A stretch of 64,000 nt of DNA from IMGVR_UViG_3300036770_007495:1-64000; one strand, 5' to 3'. Shown: positions 10,024 to 20,693, counted from the first letter of the stretch. Numbers and translations are program-made. Notes: generated by a model from the letters alone, not told the origin.

Positions 10024-11094
10024 ATGGGCGGCAATCTTCTCAAAACCTGGAATCTACCAGAAAAGCGTATTCCTACTTCGGAATACAATCAAATCAAAGA
10101 CGAGCTCTGCAACAAGTTTCAAACAGACTTCTCTTGCAATCGTCCTGTGTGGGGCACGCGTGCGTATGTTGCTCCCAGCATTCGTGACAAAGAGACACAT
10201 GGCGACCTTGACATCATCATGGGTCGTTTCACTGATGTTGATGTTCACATGATGTGGAAAGGTGAGCAGGACTTTGGCAAATATCTTGAACAGGAATTTG
10301 GATACAAGCCATTCAAGAACAGCAATGTATATTCCTTCCCTTATCAAGGCTTTCAAGTGGATGTAACGTTTCATCCAATTGAGCATGTTAAGATGGCCAT
10401 TGATTACTCTTCTTGGGGAGATCTCGGCAACATCATGGGCCGAGTGTTTCACAAAATGGGTCTACATTTTGGTCATACAGGTCTTTCCTTTTGGATTCGT
10501 CAAGGATTGTTTGATGCCAATGTTCAGTGGAGTGATTCTGATCACATCTATCACAAAACTGTGTTGACTACCAACATGGAAGACATTTGTGAAGTTGGTG
10601 GATTTGATTACAAGCGCTGGAGCCAAGGCTTTGATACTGAAAAAGATGCTTTTGATTTTGTCATCAACTCCAAGCATTTCAACAAAGAGTTGTTTGCTTT
10701 GGAGAATCTCAATCACACCAACCGCACGCGCAATCGCAAGCGCGGCATGTACATGCGTTTTGTTGAGTATGTTGCCAATTGTGATAAAGTAGGCATTCCA
10801 TTTCGCAGCAAACATGAATACTCTTTGCTTATGCAATGCAGGTATTCTCAACTGCAGCGCGACATCAACAACTTTAGACTTGTTTATGAAATTGACAAAG
10901 TGGTCAAAGAAAAAGTCAATGGCAAGCTTGTCGCTGAATGGTGCAACTTGTCTGAAAATGATGGACCACTGATTGGCAAAATCATGAGCGAAGTTCGTGA
11001 CGTTGCCAAGTACATTCTTCTTGAAATGAGCCAAGAAGAAATTAAACAGTTTGTTGTTGATATGCATGCAAAATGTGTTAAAGTGAATAACTGA
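10024..11094 (+). CDS. Pol-beta-superfamily nucleotidyltransferase-like protein
   Basis: S..DKETHGDLDII and FQVDV catalytic-type motifs. Confidence 0.6.
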   Translation: MGGNLLKTWNLPEKRIPTSEYNQIKDELCNKFQTDFSCNRPVWGTRAYVAPSIRDKETHGDLDIIMGRFTDVDVHMMWKGEQDFGKYLEQEFGYKPFKNSNVYSFPYQGFQVDVTFHPIEHVKMAIDYSSWGDLGNIMGRVFHKMGLHFGHTGLSFWIRQGLFDANVQWSDSDHIYHKTVLTTNMEDICEVGGFDYKRWSQGFDTEKDAFDFVINSKHFNKELFALENLNHTNRTRNRKRGMYMRFVEYVANCDKVGIPFRSKHEYSLLMQCRYSQLQRDINNFRLVYEIDKVVKEKVNGKLVAEWCNLSENDGPLIGKIMSEVRDVAKYILLEMSQEEIKQFVVDMHAKCVKVNN

Positions 11095-11140
11095 AGACAA
11101 AATATTAAATCTGGCATTTATGCAGCATAATTCACCTAGC

Positions 11141-12238
11141 ATGACACTACCAACACTCTATTCTCGCACCAGCACAGGTGCCATTCAAAAATGGTTCATT
11201 GAAATCTGTGATGATGCATATCGCACCATTTATGGTCAAGTTGATGGCAAGTTGCAGTCAACAGAGTTCACCATTTGCAAGCCCAAGAACGAAGGCAAGG
11301 CAAATGCTACAACTGGTGCAGAGCAGGCTCTCAAAGAAGCCAAGGCTTTGTGGAAGAAAAAGAAAGACAGCGGATGTTTTGAAGACATCAACGACATTGA
11401 CAAAATGTTGTTTACAGAGCCCATGCTTGCCAAGAAGTATGAGGATTATGCAGATGAAATCGAATTTCCTGTCTATTCTCAGCCCAAGCTGGATGGCATT
11501 CGTTGCATTGCTCGCAAGGATGGTCTTTGGAGTCGCAATGGCAAGAAGTTTGTTAGTGTGCCTCACATTGAACAAGCACTCAAGCCAGTGTTTGAATTAC
11601 ATCCCAATCTAGTTTTGGATGGTGAATTGTATTGCGACAAGTTCAGCAATGACTTCAATGCCATTTGTTCTCTGGTCAAAAAGACCAAGCCAACGGAGCA
11701 AGATTTGAAAGACTCTGCAGCAAGCATTCAGTATTGGGTGTATGACTCTGATGTCAAAAACAAATTCCGTCTGCGGTTTTATGATGTTGTGCAAAGCACA
11801 ATTGACATGGTTGCAAGTGACTTTATTCGTGAAGTACCAACCGAGTTTGTGCAGAACAAACCTTATCTTGATTCATTATACGAGAAGTACATCAATGAAG
11901 GCTATGAGGGTCAGATGGTGCGCCTTGACAAGCCATATGAAAACAAACGCAGCAAAAGCCTGCTCAAGCGCAAAGAATTTCAGGACAAGGAATACACTAT
12001 CCTGGATGTCATTGAAGGTGAAGGCAACCGCTCTGGTGGCGCTGGTGCAATGACATTTGAGAACGAGCAAGGCACACGATTCAACAGCAACATCAAAGGC
12101 TCTCGTGAGTATTGTGCACAACTGCTGCGCGAAAAAGATCAGCTCATTGGCAAGCAGGCCACTGTCAAGTTTTTCAATCTGACACCTGACAATGTGCCCC
12201 GCTTCCCGTTTGTAACAGCAATCCGTGACTATGAGTGA
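11141..12238 (+). CDS. ATP-dependent DNA ligase
   Basis: EPMLAK, QPKLDGIRC, LDGELY, YEGQMVR, YENKRS..LLK.K, PRFP. Confidence 0.95.
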   Translation: MTLPTLYSRTSTGAIQKWFIEICDDAYRTIYGQVDGKLQSTEFTICKPKNEGKANATTGAEQALKEAKALWKKKKDSGCFEDINDIDKMLFTEPMLAKKYEDYADEIEFPVYSQPKLDGIRCIARKDGLWSRNGKKFVSVPHIEQALKPVFELHPNLVLDGELYCDKFSNDFNAICSLVKKTKPTEQDLKDSAASIQYWVYDSDVKNKFRLRFYDVVQSTIDMVASDFIREVPTEFVQNKPYLDSLYEKYINEGYEGQMVRLDKPYENKRSKSLLKRKEFQDKEYTILDVIEGEGNRSGGAGAMTFENEQGTRFNSNIKGSREYCAQLLREKDQLIGKQATVKFFNLTPDNVPRFPFVTAIRDYE

Positions 12239-12563
12239 TAACAAAAATATGCAAGACCTCAAACTCGAATACACTGAACCTGACAAGGTCTATGAAACTG
12301 TGGAAACTAAACCACAAGAGCCTCAATATCGTTATTATGAAATTGAGGTGAGTCGCAGACAGACTGCTTTTGTGAATGTGCGAGTGCCACACAATGTGGA
12401 GCTCACTCACCGCAATGCTCTCGGCATTGCTGAAAAAGCAGTTGCTGATCTTATTCGCGGATATGATTGGGAGGAAGACTTCCCCATGGACATTGATGTG
12501 GAGCACTTCAAAGAGGTGACTGAATCAGAAGCAACAGCATACGACGTTTATGAGCACAACTGA
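12231..12563 (+). CDS. Hypothetical protein
   Basis: ORF coupled to ligase. Confidence 0.55.
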   Translation: MSDNKNMQDLKLEYTEPDKVYETVETKPQEPQYRYYEIEVSRRQTAFVNVRVPHNVELTHRNALGIAEKAVADLIRGYDWEEDFPMDIDVEHFKEVTESEATAYDVYEHN

Positions 12564-12858
12564 AACTGATACTCGCTTCTCAACCATTGCGCTCAGCATG
12601 CTTGGTGGTGTTGCATTGTTTATCATCACTGCCTTTTTAAGTTCAGATGCAAAGCCAAAACACAATGCACTGACACCTGAAACAATGGCAGATTATGTCA
12701 TCAATGAAATGCCTGATAGTGTTTTGCGACGCAATCTTCTCATTGTGTTTGGTGCTGAATATGGTGAAGACTCACAAGAGCTCAATGATTTGCTCAGCAT
12801 GTTCTCTCAAATGAAGATTGATCAACTGCAAAAGCAACGTAGCAAAGATTCTCTGTAA
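12550..12858 (+). CDS. Hypothetical membrane-anchored protein
   Basis: One N-terminal TM. Confidence 0.55.
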   Translation: MSTTETDTRFSTIALSMLGGVALFIITAFLSSDAKPKHNALTPETMADYVINEMPDSVLRRNLLIVFGAEYGEDSQELNDLLSMFSQMKIDQLQKQRSKDSL

Positions 12859-12863
12859 AACAG

Positions 12864-12897
12864 TTGACTGTCTGCAGATTTGCATTATAATGAATGC
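12864..12897 (+). promoter_or_regulatory. Sigma70-like early promoter, leaderless
   Basis: TTGACT-N16-TATAAT-N6-ATG. Confidence 0.8.
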
Positions 12898-14082
12898 ATG
12901 AACAATTATCTTGCTCAACACTTTTGGAACTACGAAACCAATTGCATTGATGGTCTGAAGCTGTGGAGTGCTCTGCAGCCGCACATTGCAAAAGGTGAAC
13001 TCATTGTCAACGAAGGCAAAGGTGATCGCGAAGGCCTCAAGCTTGTAACCTATTCCAAGACCTATCAGTACGAACACAATTCTGTTGCATGGGATCCTCT
13101 TGTGCAGCATTGCCGCGGCATCATCTTTGATGCAACTGATGACTACAAGATCGTAGCTCTTCCCTTCTCCAAGTTCTTCAACTATGGTGAAGGCGGCATT
13201 CATTATCCTTCCGCTGGTGCTGAGATTGAACAGGTTTGGACCAAATATGACGGTTCACTGTTCATCATCTTTCATTGGAAAGATAAGTGGCATGGAACTA
13301 CCCGCGGATCACTCAATTCAGATATTGGACAGGTGGGTCAGCAGATTCTGGATAGCTATGTGCACAATGGATTGGTTATGCATCGAGATTACACTTATCT
13401 TGCAGAGTTGATTTACAAGGAAAATCAAATTGTTGTAAATTATGGTGATGATCGCAAGCTTGTGCTGCTTGGTGTGCGTAATCGTTATGCAGGCCATGTT
13501 TATATGCCTGATTGGATCATTGATCGCTTTCATGGTGGATTGACAATTAAGCCGTTTGAAGTTGCTCGTCGTTGGAAATTTGCAAACAAAGAAGAAATGC
13601 TTGCATGGCTCAACCAAACCAAAGGTACTGAGTTTGAAGGCTTTGTGGTGCACTTCTCTGATGAAACTGTTTTCAAGTTCAAGTCTGAAGACTACATGCG
13701 TCTGCATCGCATCATTGCTCAGTTCACGTTCAAGCGTGTGCTGGAAGCTGTGCAGCTGCATCAAGAAGAAGAAATTCGCAAGGCATTGCCAGAAGAGCTC
13801 ATCCCTGAATTCGATCGTTACAAGTGGATGATTGAAGACAAAGTGGACAGCATCATTGCATATGTTGACAAGATTGTGCACAATGCTCCAAAAAGCTCTC
13901 GCAAAGAGTTTGCACTTTATTTGCAACAGTATTACAAAGGTACAGATGCAATGAAGTATGCATTCAAGTACATTGACTTTGAAATGAACGTTGACAAGCT
14001 TGGCGAGCACATTTTGCAAAGCTTGCGCCGCGATGACTTTGAAGTTGCAGAGGACAAAAACAAAGATGATATTGATTCATGA
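12898..14082 (+). CDS. RNA ligase 1 (T4 RnlA-like)
   Basis: CRGIIF, PFSKFFN, KYDGS, TRGS, FEGFVV, KFKS.DY..LHR. Confidence 0.9.
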   Translation: MNNYLAQHFWNYETNCIDGLKLWSALQPHIAKGELIVNEGKGDREGLKLVTYSKTYQYEHNSVAWDPLVQHCRGIIFDATDDYKIVALPFSKFFNYGEGGIHYPSAGAEIEQVWTKYDGSLFIIFHWKDKWHGTTRGSLNSDIGQVGQQILDSYVHNGLVMHRDYTYLAELIYKENQIVVNYGDDRKLVLLGVRNRYAGHVYMPDWIIDRFHGGLTIKPFEVARRWKFANKEEMLAWLNQTKGTEFEGFVVHFSDETVFKFKSEDYMRLHRIIAQFTFKRVLEAVQLHQEEEIRKALPEELIPEFDRYKWMIEDKVDSIIAYVDKIVHNAPKSSRKEFALYLQQYYKGTDAMKYAFKYIDFEMNVDKLGEHILQSLRRDDFEVAEDKNKDDIDS

Positions 14083-14432
14083 GAAACAACAGACCAGAAG
14101 TGTATCGGCTTCCAGCTAACAAAGAAGACTTCTTGCGCAAGTCCATGTCACTTGCATATGATGTTCGTGTCGATGAATTGGATTGCAGCAAAAGCATGTG
14201 CAGGACACAAACAGACCAAACCATTGAGCAGGTGCTGCAACATTGTCTTGCAGACAGCAAAACACATTACACCATGATTTTGCGTGATCGTAGAGATTAT
14301 GGCGGCAATTTGTATTTTGAAGTGGGAGCATCCACAATGATGAATACACCAGATTATTTTCTGTGGATTGACTTGACAGTAGAAAATGGTCGCAAGCTCA
14401 TTGAAGATTTTAATTTGGAACGTCTGCAGTAA
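14079..14432 (+). CDS. Hypothetical protein
   Basis: ATGA overlap with RNA ligase. Confidence 0.6.
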   Translation: MRNNRPEVYRLPANKEDFLRKSMSLAYDVRVDELDCSKSMCRTQTDQTIEQVLQHCLADSKTHYTMILRDRRDYGGNLYFEVGASTMMNTPDYFLWIDLTVENGRKLIEDFNLERLQ

Positions 14433-14470
14433 CTAGTTGCACAACACAAACTTATACACTATAATACAAC

Positions 14471-15331
14471 ATGATCGAAATCATTGCACACAGTACAAAC
14501 AAGCCCATTGCTTACGAACATTTCTTCTTCGGTGGTGGTGAGCAACACATCAAGCTCAATCAGAAGGATCTTGCAGATGCTTATAGTGCAACCATTTGGC
14601 TTCATTATAGCCAGGATTCAGACATTTGGAAGTTGGCATTGATTGTTGATGCGCTGCGTCGTGCTGGTATTCACATTCTGCACCTCAATATTCCTTACTT
14701 CCCTGCTGCTCGTCAGGATCGTGTTTGTGTTGCTGGTGAGCCTCTGTCTGTCAAAGTGTTTGCAGACTTCATCAATGCCATGAAATTCAGCCGTGTGACC
14801 ATTTTTGATCCTCACAGCGAAGTCACTCCTGCTCTGCTTGAAAATGTCAAAGTCGTTGACAATGCGCAGTTTGTGGGTGCAGTCTTGGGTGAGCTCAATG
14901 CACTTGATGGCACTGGCAAAACTGTGCTGGTGTCTCCTGATGCAGGCAGCAACAAGAAAGTCGCCAATGTTGCCAAATACTTGTACAACATCAGCGGCAA
15001 AGAAGTTGCTGTTGTGCGTGCTGACAAGCTGCGCAATGTTGCTACAGGTCAAATCATTGAGACCACAGTTTATGCAGATGATTTGACTGGCAAGAATTGC
15101 TTCATCATTGATGACATTTGCAGCAAGGGCGGAACGTTCTGTGCATTGGCCAAAGTGCTCAAAGCCAAAGGTGCTGCACAAGTGACTCTTGTGGTGTCTC
15201 ACTTTGAAGGTACTGCTGATATGCGCATTCTCAAGGAGTCTGGCATTGATGAAGTCATTACCACTGACAGCAAGCCCTTTGTGACTCGCAACAACAACCT
15301 CATCATCAAGAGCATCAAAGCATTCATGTAA
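14471..15331 (+). CDS. PRPP-synthetase-like protein (Adps-like ADPR-PP synthetase)
   Basis: F.GGE, PYFPAARQDR, DPHS, VSPDAGS, IIDDICSKGGTF. Confidence 0.9.
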   Translation: MIEIIAHSTNKPIAYEHFFFGGGEQHIKLNQKDLADAYSATIWLHYSQDSDIWKLALIVDALRRAGIHILHLNIPYFPAARQDRVCVAGEPLSVKVFADFINAMKFSRVTIFDPHSEVTPALLENVKVVDNAQFVGAVLGELNALDGTGKTVLVSPDAGSNKKVANVAKYLYNISGKEVAVVRADKLRNVATGQIIETTVYADDLTGKNCFIIDDICSKGGTFCALAKVLKAKGAAQVTLVVSHFEGTADMRILKESGIDEVITTDSKPFVTRNNNLIIKSIKAFM

Positions 15332-15388
15332 ATAAGTTGACTTCAATTGGGAAATACTGTATAATAACAACGTAACAGAAAAACAAAC

Positions 15389-16855
15389 ATGAACATCAAT
15401 CCTGCATCTCTCATTGACGGCTACAAAGTCGGCCACATTCATCAGTATCCCAAGAATACTGAAATCATCTTCAGCAATTTGACAGCACGTTCCACCCGCC
15501 GTCTCAACACTGACAAGGTGGTTTTCGCAGGCCTGCAGTACTTCGTCAAAGAGTACCTCATCAAGCAGTGGAATGAAAACTTCTTCCACAAGCCCATTGA
15601 AGAAGTCGTTCACAAGTTCAATCGTCGCATCAACAATTACATTGTACCTAACAATGTTGGTGATCAGCACATTCGCGACCTGCACGAGCTTGGCTATCTG
15701 CCAATTGTAATTCTTGCTCTGCCAGAAGGCACTGAACATCCCATCAAGGTGCCAAGCCTTGTCATCTGGAATACAGATGAGCGCTTTGGTTGGCTCACCA
15801 ATTATCTGGAGACCATTCTGTCCACCAGCATCTGGGGCCCTTGCACCAGCGCCACTACTGCTCACCAGTACAAAAAGTTGCTCATGAAGTATGCTGCAGA
15901 GACTGTTGGTGATACCAGCTTTGTTCAGTGGCAGGGTCATGACTTCAGCTTCCGTGGCATGTATGGTCTTGAAGCTGCTTGCATGAGTGGCGCTACTCAC
16001 CTCTTCAGCTTCACGGGCACTGACACTGTTCCTGCTATCGACTTCCTTGAACAGTACTACAATGCTGACAGCGAGAAGGAACTTGTTGGTGGCAGCGTTG
16101 CTGCAACTGAACACAGCGTCATGTGCGCTGGTGGTGCTGACAATGAGATTGGCACTTTCCGTCGTCTGATTCATGATGTGTATCCGACTGGCATTGTGTC
16201 CATTGTGAGTGACACTTGGGACTACTGGAACACCATCACCAACATTGCTCGCGAGCTCAAGGATGAAATCATGCATCGTGATGGCAAGGTTGTCTTCCGC
16301 CCCGATACTGGGGATCCAGTCAGGGTTGTCATTGGTGATGAAGATGCTGCAAAAGATTCACCTGAATATAAAGGCTCCATTGAATGTCTTTGGGAGGTCT
16401 TTGGCGGCAAGGTGAACGCCAAGGGCTACAAGGAGCTTGATCCGCATGTGGGTCTCATCTATGGTGACAGCATCACGCTGGAACGTGCTCAGCAGATCTG
16501 TGAAGGTCTCAAGCGCAAGGGCTTTGCCAGCACCAACATTGTGTTTGGCGTTGGTAGCTACACTTACCAGTATGTGACTCGTGACACTGATGGCTATGCA
16601 GTCAAGGCAACCTATGCCAAGATTGATGGTCAGGATAAGGAAATCTTCAAGTCTCCCAAGGGTGCTGCATTCAAGAAGAGTGCCAAGGGTCTGACTGCTG
16701 TCTTCAAGGATGCTGATGGTGAGTTCTACCTCAAGGATCAGGCCACTTGGGATGAAGTTCACAACTGCGAATTCGTTGAAGTGTTTGCTGATGGTCATGT
16801 CGTCAAGGATTATACTCTGCAGGAAGTTCGCAACAACCTGGCTCAATACGTCTAA
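15389..16855 (+). CDS. Nicotinamide phosphoribosyltransferase-like protein (Namat-like)
   Basis: DGYK.GH..QYP, HDFSFRG, ATEHSVM, VSDTWD, RPDTGDP, IYGDSIT, KKSAKG. Confidence 0.93.
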   Translation: MNINPASLIDGYKVGHIHQYPKNTEIIFSNLTARSTRRLNTDKVVFAGLQYFVKEYLIKQWNENFFHKPIEEVVHKFNRRINNYIVPNNVGDQHIRDLHELGYLPIVILALPEGTEHPIKVPSLVIWNTDERFGWLTNYLETILSTSIWGPCTSATTAHQYKKLLMKYAAETVGDTSFVQWQGHDFSFRGMYGLEAACMSGATHLFSFTGTDTVPAIDFLEQYYNADSEKELVGGSVAATEHSVMCAGGADNEIGTFRRLIHDVYPTGIVSIVSDTWDYWNTITNIARELKDEIMHRDGKVVFRPDTGDPVRVVIGDEDAAKDSPEYKGSIECLWEVFGGKVNAKGYKELDPHVGLIYGDSITLERAQQICEGLKRKGFASTNIVFGVGSYTYQYVTRDTDGYAVKATYAKIDGQDKEIFKSPKGAAFKKSAKGLTAVFKDADGEFYLKDQATWDEVHNCEFVEVFADGHVVKDYTLQEVRNNLAQYV

Positions 16856-16864
16856 TCAAAACAA

Positions 16865-17113
16865 ATGAAAAACAAAATCCTCAAAACTCTGTTTGTGTTC
16901 GGCTTGTGGAGCATTCCATTTGCATTCATCGAACGCACTGAACAAATCACTCGCAAGTATCTTGCACTGGGTCAAATGGAAAACTCTGAAGTCAATTATC
17001 AGATGTTCCAAATGGCCAGCAACATCAACTACGTCAATTCCTTTGTTGCTGTGTGTGCCATTGTAGCTCTTGTTGCAATCTGGAAACCCAAAAAAGCAGT
17101 TGAAACCAAGTAA
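16865..17113 (+). CDS. Small two-TM membrane protein
   Basis: Two hydrophobic segments; upstream of SPFH gene. Confidence 0.6.
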   Translation: MKNKILKTLFVFGLWSIPFAFIERTEQITRKYLALGQMENSEVNYQMFQMASNINYVNSFVAVCAIVALVAIWKPKKAVETK

Positions 17114-17155
17114 AAATCATCTACAATTAACTCGTTAAAGAAAGAAACAAACAAA

Positions 17156-18217
17156 ATGAAATACACCAAACTCGTTACTCTACTCGCTGTTGCCATCACC
17201 ATGCTGATGAGCTCTTGCCGTCCATACAATGTGCCTGACATTCAGCAGATTGCACCCAATGAAACTGCTTTCCTGGTGCCTCTGGAGGGTGAGCGCGACA
17301 AACAGGTCAAGTTTGACTCTGAAGAATTCCTGGAGAAGAACAAGATCAGCGTGGGCCGAATTGAGATCCCCAAGAAGTGGCGCCAGACTGGCCGACTTTG
17401 GATGGATGGTGAATACATTCCAGAACTGATCCTCATCAAAGTTGATCGTGCTCCTGTGACTGTTCAGTGGCAGAGTTCAGTTGATGCCAATGGCAGGCCC
17501 ATTCGACGTCAAGGTGATGATTCCATCTGGATTGAGAGTCAGGACTCTGTGGGCTTCAGCATTGGATTCAATGTGAGTGCATACATCGAAGCGCAGAATG
17601 CCAGCAAGTTCCTTTACATGTATGCTGGTCGAGCACTCAAGGATGTCATGGATACTGAAGTGCATGGTCGAGTCATGGAAGTGGCACAGACGTTTGCAGC
17701 CAAGCAGAAGATGGACAAGCTGCGTGAAATGAAGGGTGAGATGTCAGAATCCATTCAGACTGATGTCAAGAAGTTCTTCCTGGAGCGAGGCATCACCATC
17801 ACCAACATTGGTATGTTTGGAGGCTTTGTCTACGAGAACGAAGAAATTCAGAAGGCCATTGATGGTGTGTTTGTTGCACAGCAGGAGAAGAACAAGAACC
17901 AGGCTACGTTTGAAGCGCAGGATGCCATCAACCAGAAGATGCTGTCTGAAGCAGAAGCCAAGGCATCTGCCTTCCAGAAAGAAGCTGAAGGCAAGGCTGC
18001 TGCATACAAGCTGGAAGCTGCAGGCAAGGCTGAAGCCATTACACTAGAAGCCAAGGCTCTTCAGGAAGCACAGAGCAATCCACTCTACATTGAGATGCAG
18101 CGCCTGAATGTGACCAAGGAGTTCAATACTCGCTGGGATGGCAAGCTGCCGCAGAGCTACATTGGCACTGACAATGTGACGACTCTCATGGGCATTCCCG
18201 GACTCAAGGTTCAGTAA
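17156..18217 (+). CDS. SPFH/band-7 domain lipoprotein
   Basis: Lipobox LMSSC; IQKAID, EAEGKA coiled-coil repeats, RWDGKLP. Confidence 0.8.
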   Translation: MKYTKLVTLLAVAITMLMSSCRPYNVPDIQQIAPNETAFLVPLEGERDKQVKFDSEEFLEKNKISVGRIEIPKKWRQTGRLWMDGEYIPELILIKVDRAPVTVQWQSSVDANGRPIRRQGDDSIWIESQDSVGFSIGFNVSAYIEAQNASKFLYMYAGRALKDVMDTEVHGRVMEVAQTFAAKQKMDKLREMKGEMSESIQTDVKKFFLERGITITNIGMFGGFVYENEEIQKAIDGVFVAQQEKNKNQATFEAQDAINQKMLSEAEAKASAFQKEAEGKAAAYKLEAAGKAEAITLEAKALQEAQSNPLYIEMQRLNVTKEFNTRWDGKLPQSYIGTDNVTTLMGIPGLKVQ

Positions 18218-18244
18218 TCAACAATGCAACAAGAATAGCAAAAT

Positions 18245-18271
18245 GCAGAGAAGGGGAAACTCTTCTCTGCA
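18245..18271 (+). terminator. Hairpin, putative terminator
   Basis: TGCAGAGAAGGG-GAAA-CTCTTCTCTGCA. Confidence 0.55.
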
Positions 18272-18526
18272 GTTGCATTTGCGTCAACAGGTATTATATT
18301 GTTTTGATATGTACTGCGTAGGAATTCAAGCTGATCATTTTACACACAAACAGATGCATGAACTTGGGCTGAAGACCAATCAGACCATTGTTTATGCAGC
18401 ATGGCACTCTTCACCAGAGTATCGCGTATTTCCAACAGGCAGCCTGTTGAGCCGCAATGAAGAATATCCTTGCGGTCTTGTCATTGTAGACGAAAAAGGA
18501 AAACCAACACCCTGGAAAGACAACTA

Positions 18527-19087
18527 ATGCATACAGATCCATTCACTAGCATCAGCAAATGCGTGCAGCGTTTGCATAAAGAATACAACAAACATCCTCG
18601 TCTCATCATTGCTGTAGACTTTGATGACACCGTTTATGACTTTCACAGCCAAGGTGCAGAGCATAAAAGAGTCATCAACGTTCTCAAGCAGTGCAAAGCA
18701 TTGAACTTCTATGTGGTGCTGTGGACAGCCAGCAAGCCAGAGCGATTTGAGTTCATGCGTGGATACATGCAAGCTCTAGGCATCACTGTAGATGCAATCA
18801 ATGAGAATCCCATTGTTCTCCCCTTTGGCAATCACAACAAGATCTATTACAATATTCTGCTAGACGACAGGGCAGGCTTGGGGCATTCATTGGAGACACT
18901 GGAGATTTTCATCAACGACATTGAACGCAGACAGACGCCGGAGACTAGTGCAGAAAGTGCTGATGTTGTTAATCCCATTGCTGCAAGTGAGCTGATGAAT
19001 TGTTGTGAAGCACTGCGAGTTCAAGGACTTGCATATCCACGCACCTGCCCAACATGCAAATTGGGTCCGTGCAAATATCAACTTTGA
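18527..19087 (+). CDS. HAD-superfamily hydrolase
   Basis: IAVDFDDT, LWTA, LLDDRAG. Confidence 0.75.
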   Translation: MHTDPFTSISKCVQRLHKEYNKHPRLIIAVDFDDTVYDFHSQGAEHKRVINVLKQCKALNFYVVLWTASKPERFEFMRGYMQALGITVDAINENPIVLPFGNHNKIYYNILLDDRAGLGHSLETLEIFINDIERRQTPETSAESADVVNPIAASELMNCCEALRVQGLAYPRTCPTCKLGPCKYQL

Positions 19088-19132
19088 TAAAAAACAGTTG
19101 ACTGAAACGGGAACTGCACTATAATGTCTGCA

Positions 19133-19540
19133 ATGAGCAAGCCATTGATTCACGCACAATCGTCAGCACGCAAGTTTGGTGGAACTTGGGAGGACTACAT
19201 TGACATTCACGAGCTGATGGATTCATCCAAGGCTGTGACTTCTCTTCCCACTCACCGAGCACTCACTCACAACACTTGGTTCGTTGCAAGCATTTTGACT
19301 CGCATCTTTGGTGAAGTGTTTCACCGCAAGAGCGATGGCAAGCCTGTTTCGACCCGAGACATTGGCGAGCAGCACATTGCAGAAGATTATCGAGGATTCA
19401 TTCCAAGTGCTTCTGACTTCATTGACTGCCTCAATGTGGAAGATTGGATGATGAATGGCAAAGGCAAGCCACCTTCTCATGCTCTCATCATCAAGCAACA
19501 GCAAAAAAATCTCAAAGAAAAAACCGCAACTGTAGACTAA
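19133..19540 (+). CDS. DUF6915-like protein
   Basis: P..HA.SSARKFGG...DY..IH..MDSSK...HRALTH...GEQHI.ED.GFIP. Confidence 0.7.
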   Translation: MSKPLIHAQSSARKFGGTWEDYIDIHELMDSSKAVTSLPTHRALTHNTWFVASILTRIFGEVFHRKSDGKPVSTRDIGEQHIAEDYRGFIPSASDFIDCLNVEDWMMNGKGKPPSHALIIKQQQKNLKEKTATVD

Positions 19541-19745
19541 CATGCAAACAGAAACTACATTTACGTTCACCAGACAAGAAGTCATTGACATGCTGCGTGA
19601 TGCGCTCATGCACAAAGAAATTTATGGAGCTACAATTCGTTTCAACATTGGCAATGACCCAACATGGGACGGTCCAGGCACCCTCCCTGTGCTCAGTGGA
19701 ATGACTGTGACTGTCAAAGAATAAATCTAAAAAAAAAACAAACAC

Positions 19746-20270
19746 ATGAAAATCGAACAACTCAAGAACCAAATTCAAGAACACACCAGCAAGATTGCTG
19801 CGCTCAAACAACAAATGATGGAAGAACTGCGCAAGGACTTTCATGGAGCTCTTGTGGAGCTCTTTGATACCTATCCATTTGTGCATGCAGTTCACTTCAC
19901 TGCATACACTCCATACTTCAATGATGGTGATGAATGCACCTTCAGCAGCCACCATGATGATTGCGGCTTCAATGGTTACGATGGTTATGGTGATGACAAA
20001 GACAAAAGTGTGAAGAATGCTTTTGGCAACATTGAAGGTGAAGACATCCTCCACACTTCTCGTGAAACCATTTATGTTAAAGGAGAAAACGGCAAGTGGG
20101 GAAGTGCCATCAACCCCAACTTCAATGCACTGAACAAAAAAGCAGTTGAAGACTTCCGCTCTGCTCTCAATGCAGTGAGTGATGAAGCATGGCAGGAACT
20201 GGTGGGTGATCATTGCATTGTGATGATTGACCGCAAAGGCATTCACGTCGAAGAATACAGCCACGATTGA
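19746..20270 (+). CDS. Hypothetical protein (tandem paralog A)
   Basis: FTAYTPYFNDGDEC...GDH...GI.VEEY.HD. Confidence 0.75.
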   Translation: MKIEQLKNQIQEHTSKIAALKQQMMEELRKDFHGALVELFDTYPFVHAVHFTAYTPYFNDGDECTFSSHHDDCGFNGYDGYGDDKDKSVKNAFGNIEGEDILHTSRETIYVKGENGKWGSAINPNFNALNKKAVEDFRSALNAVSDEAWQELVGDHCIVMIDRKGIHVEEYSHD

Positions 20271-20294
20271 TTCAAACCATCTACACAACAACAC

Positions 20295-20693
20295 ATGACT
20301 CCAAACGATAAACTCAAATTGCTTGTTGAAGAAATTCACAAGCTCAAACAAGAACTGACTCAAAAGGCTCGAGATGGGCTGATGCAATGCCTCAAGGAAT
20401 TGTTTGAGATGCATCCAGAAGTCAAAAAGCTTCAGTTCACTGCCTACACGCCTTACTGGAATGATGGTGAAGAGTGCACTTACTGGTGCAATGCTTCATG
20501 TCCAGACATCAACGTCAGTGATGATGAAGATGAGGATGAAGAATATCCCAAAGTCTCACGAAAGGTTGCCGATGTCTTCAGCAAAGCATTGAGCACGATT
20601 GATGATGATACTTGGTATGACATTGTTGGTGACCATGCATTGGTCATCATCACCCCGCAAGGCATTGATGTGCAGGAATACGAACACGAATAA
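20295..20693 (+). CDS. Hypothetical protein (tandem paralog B)
   Basis: FTAYTPYWNDGEEC...GDH...GIDVQEYEHE. Confidence 0.75.
   Translation: MTPNDKLKLLVEEIHKLKQELTQKARDGLMQCLKELFEMHPEVKKLQFTAYTPYWNDGEECTYWCNASCPDINVSDDEDEDEEYPKVSRKVADVFSKALSTIDDDTWYDIVGDHALVIITPQGIDVQEYEHE

Noticed and set aside
14618-16276. 552-aa minus-strand ORF and similar long antisense ORFs (3724..4623, 7736..8674, 19512..20414, 41291..42259, 48663..49433)
   Set aside because: Shadows of well-supported opposite-strand genes caused by codon bias; no motifs.
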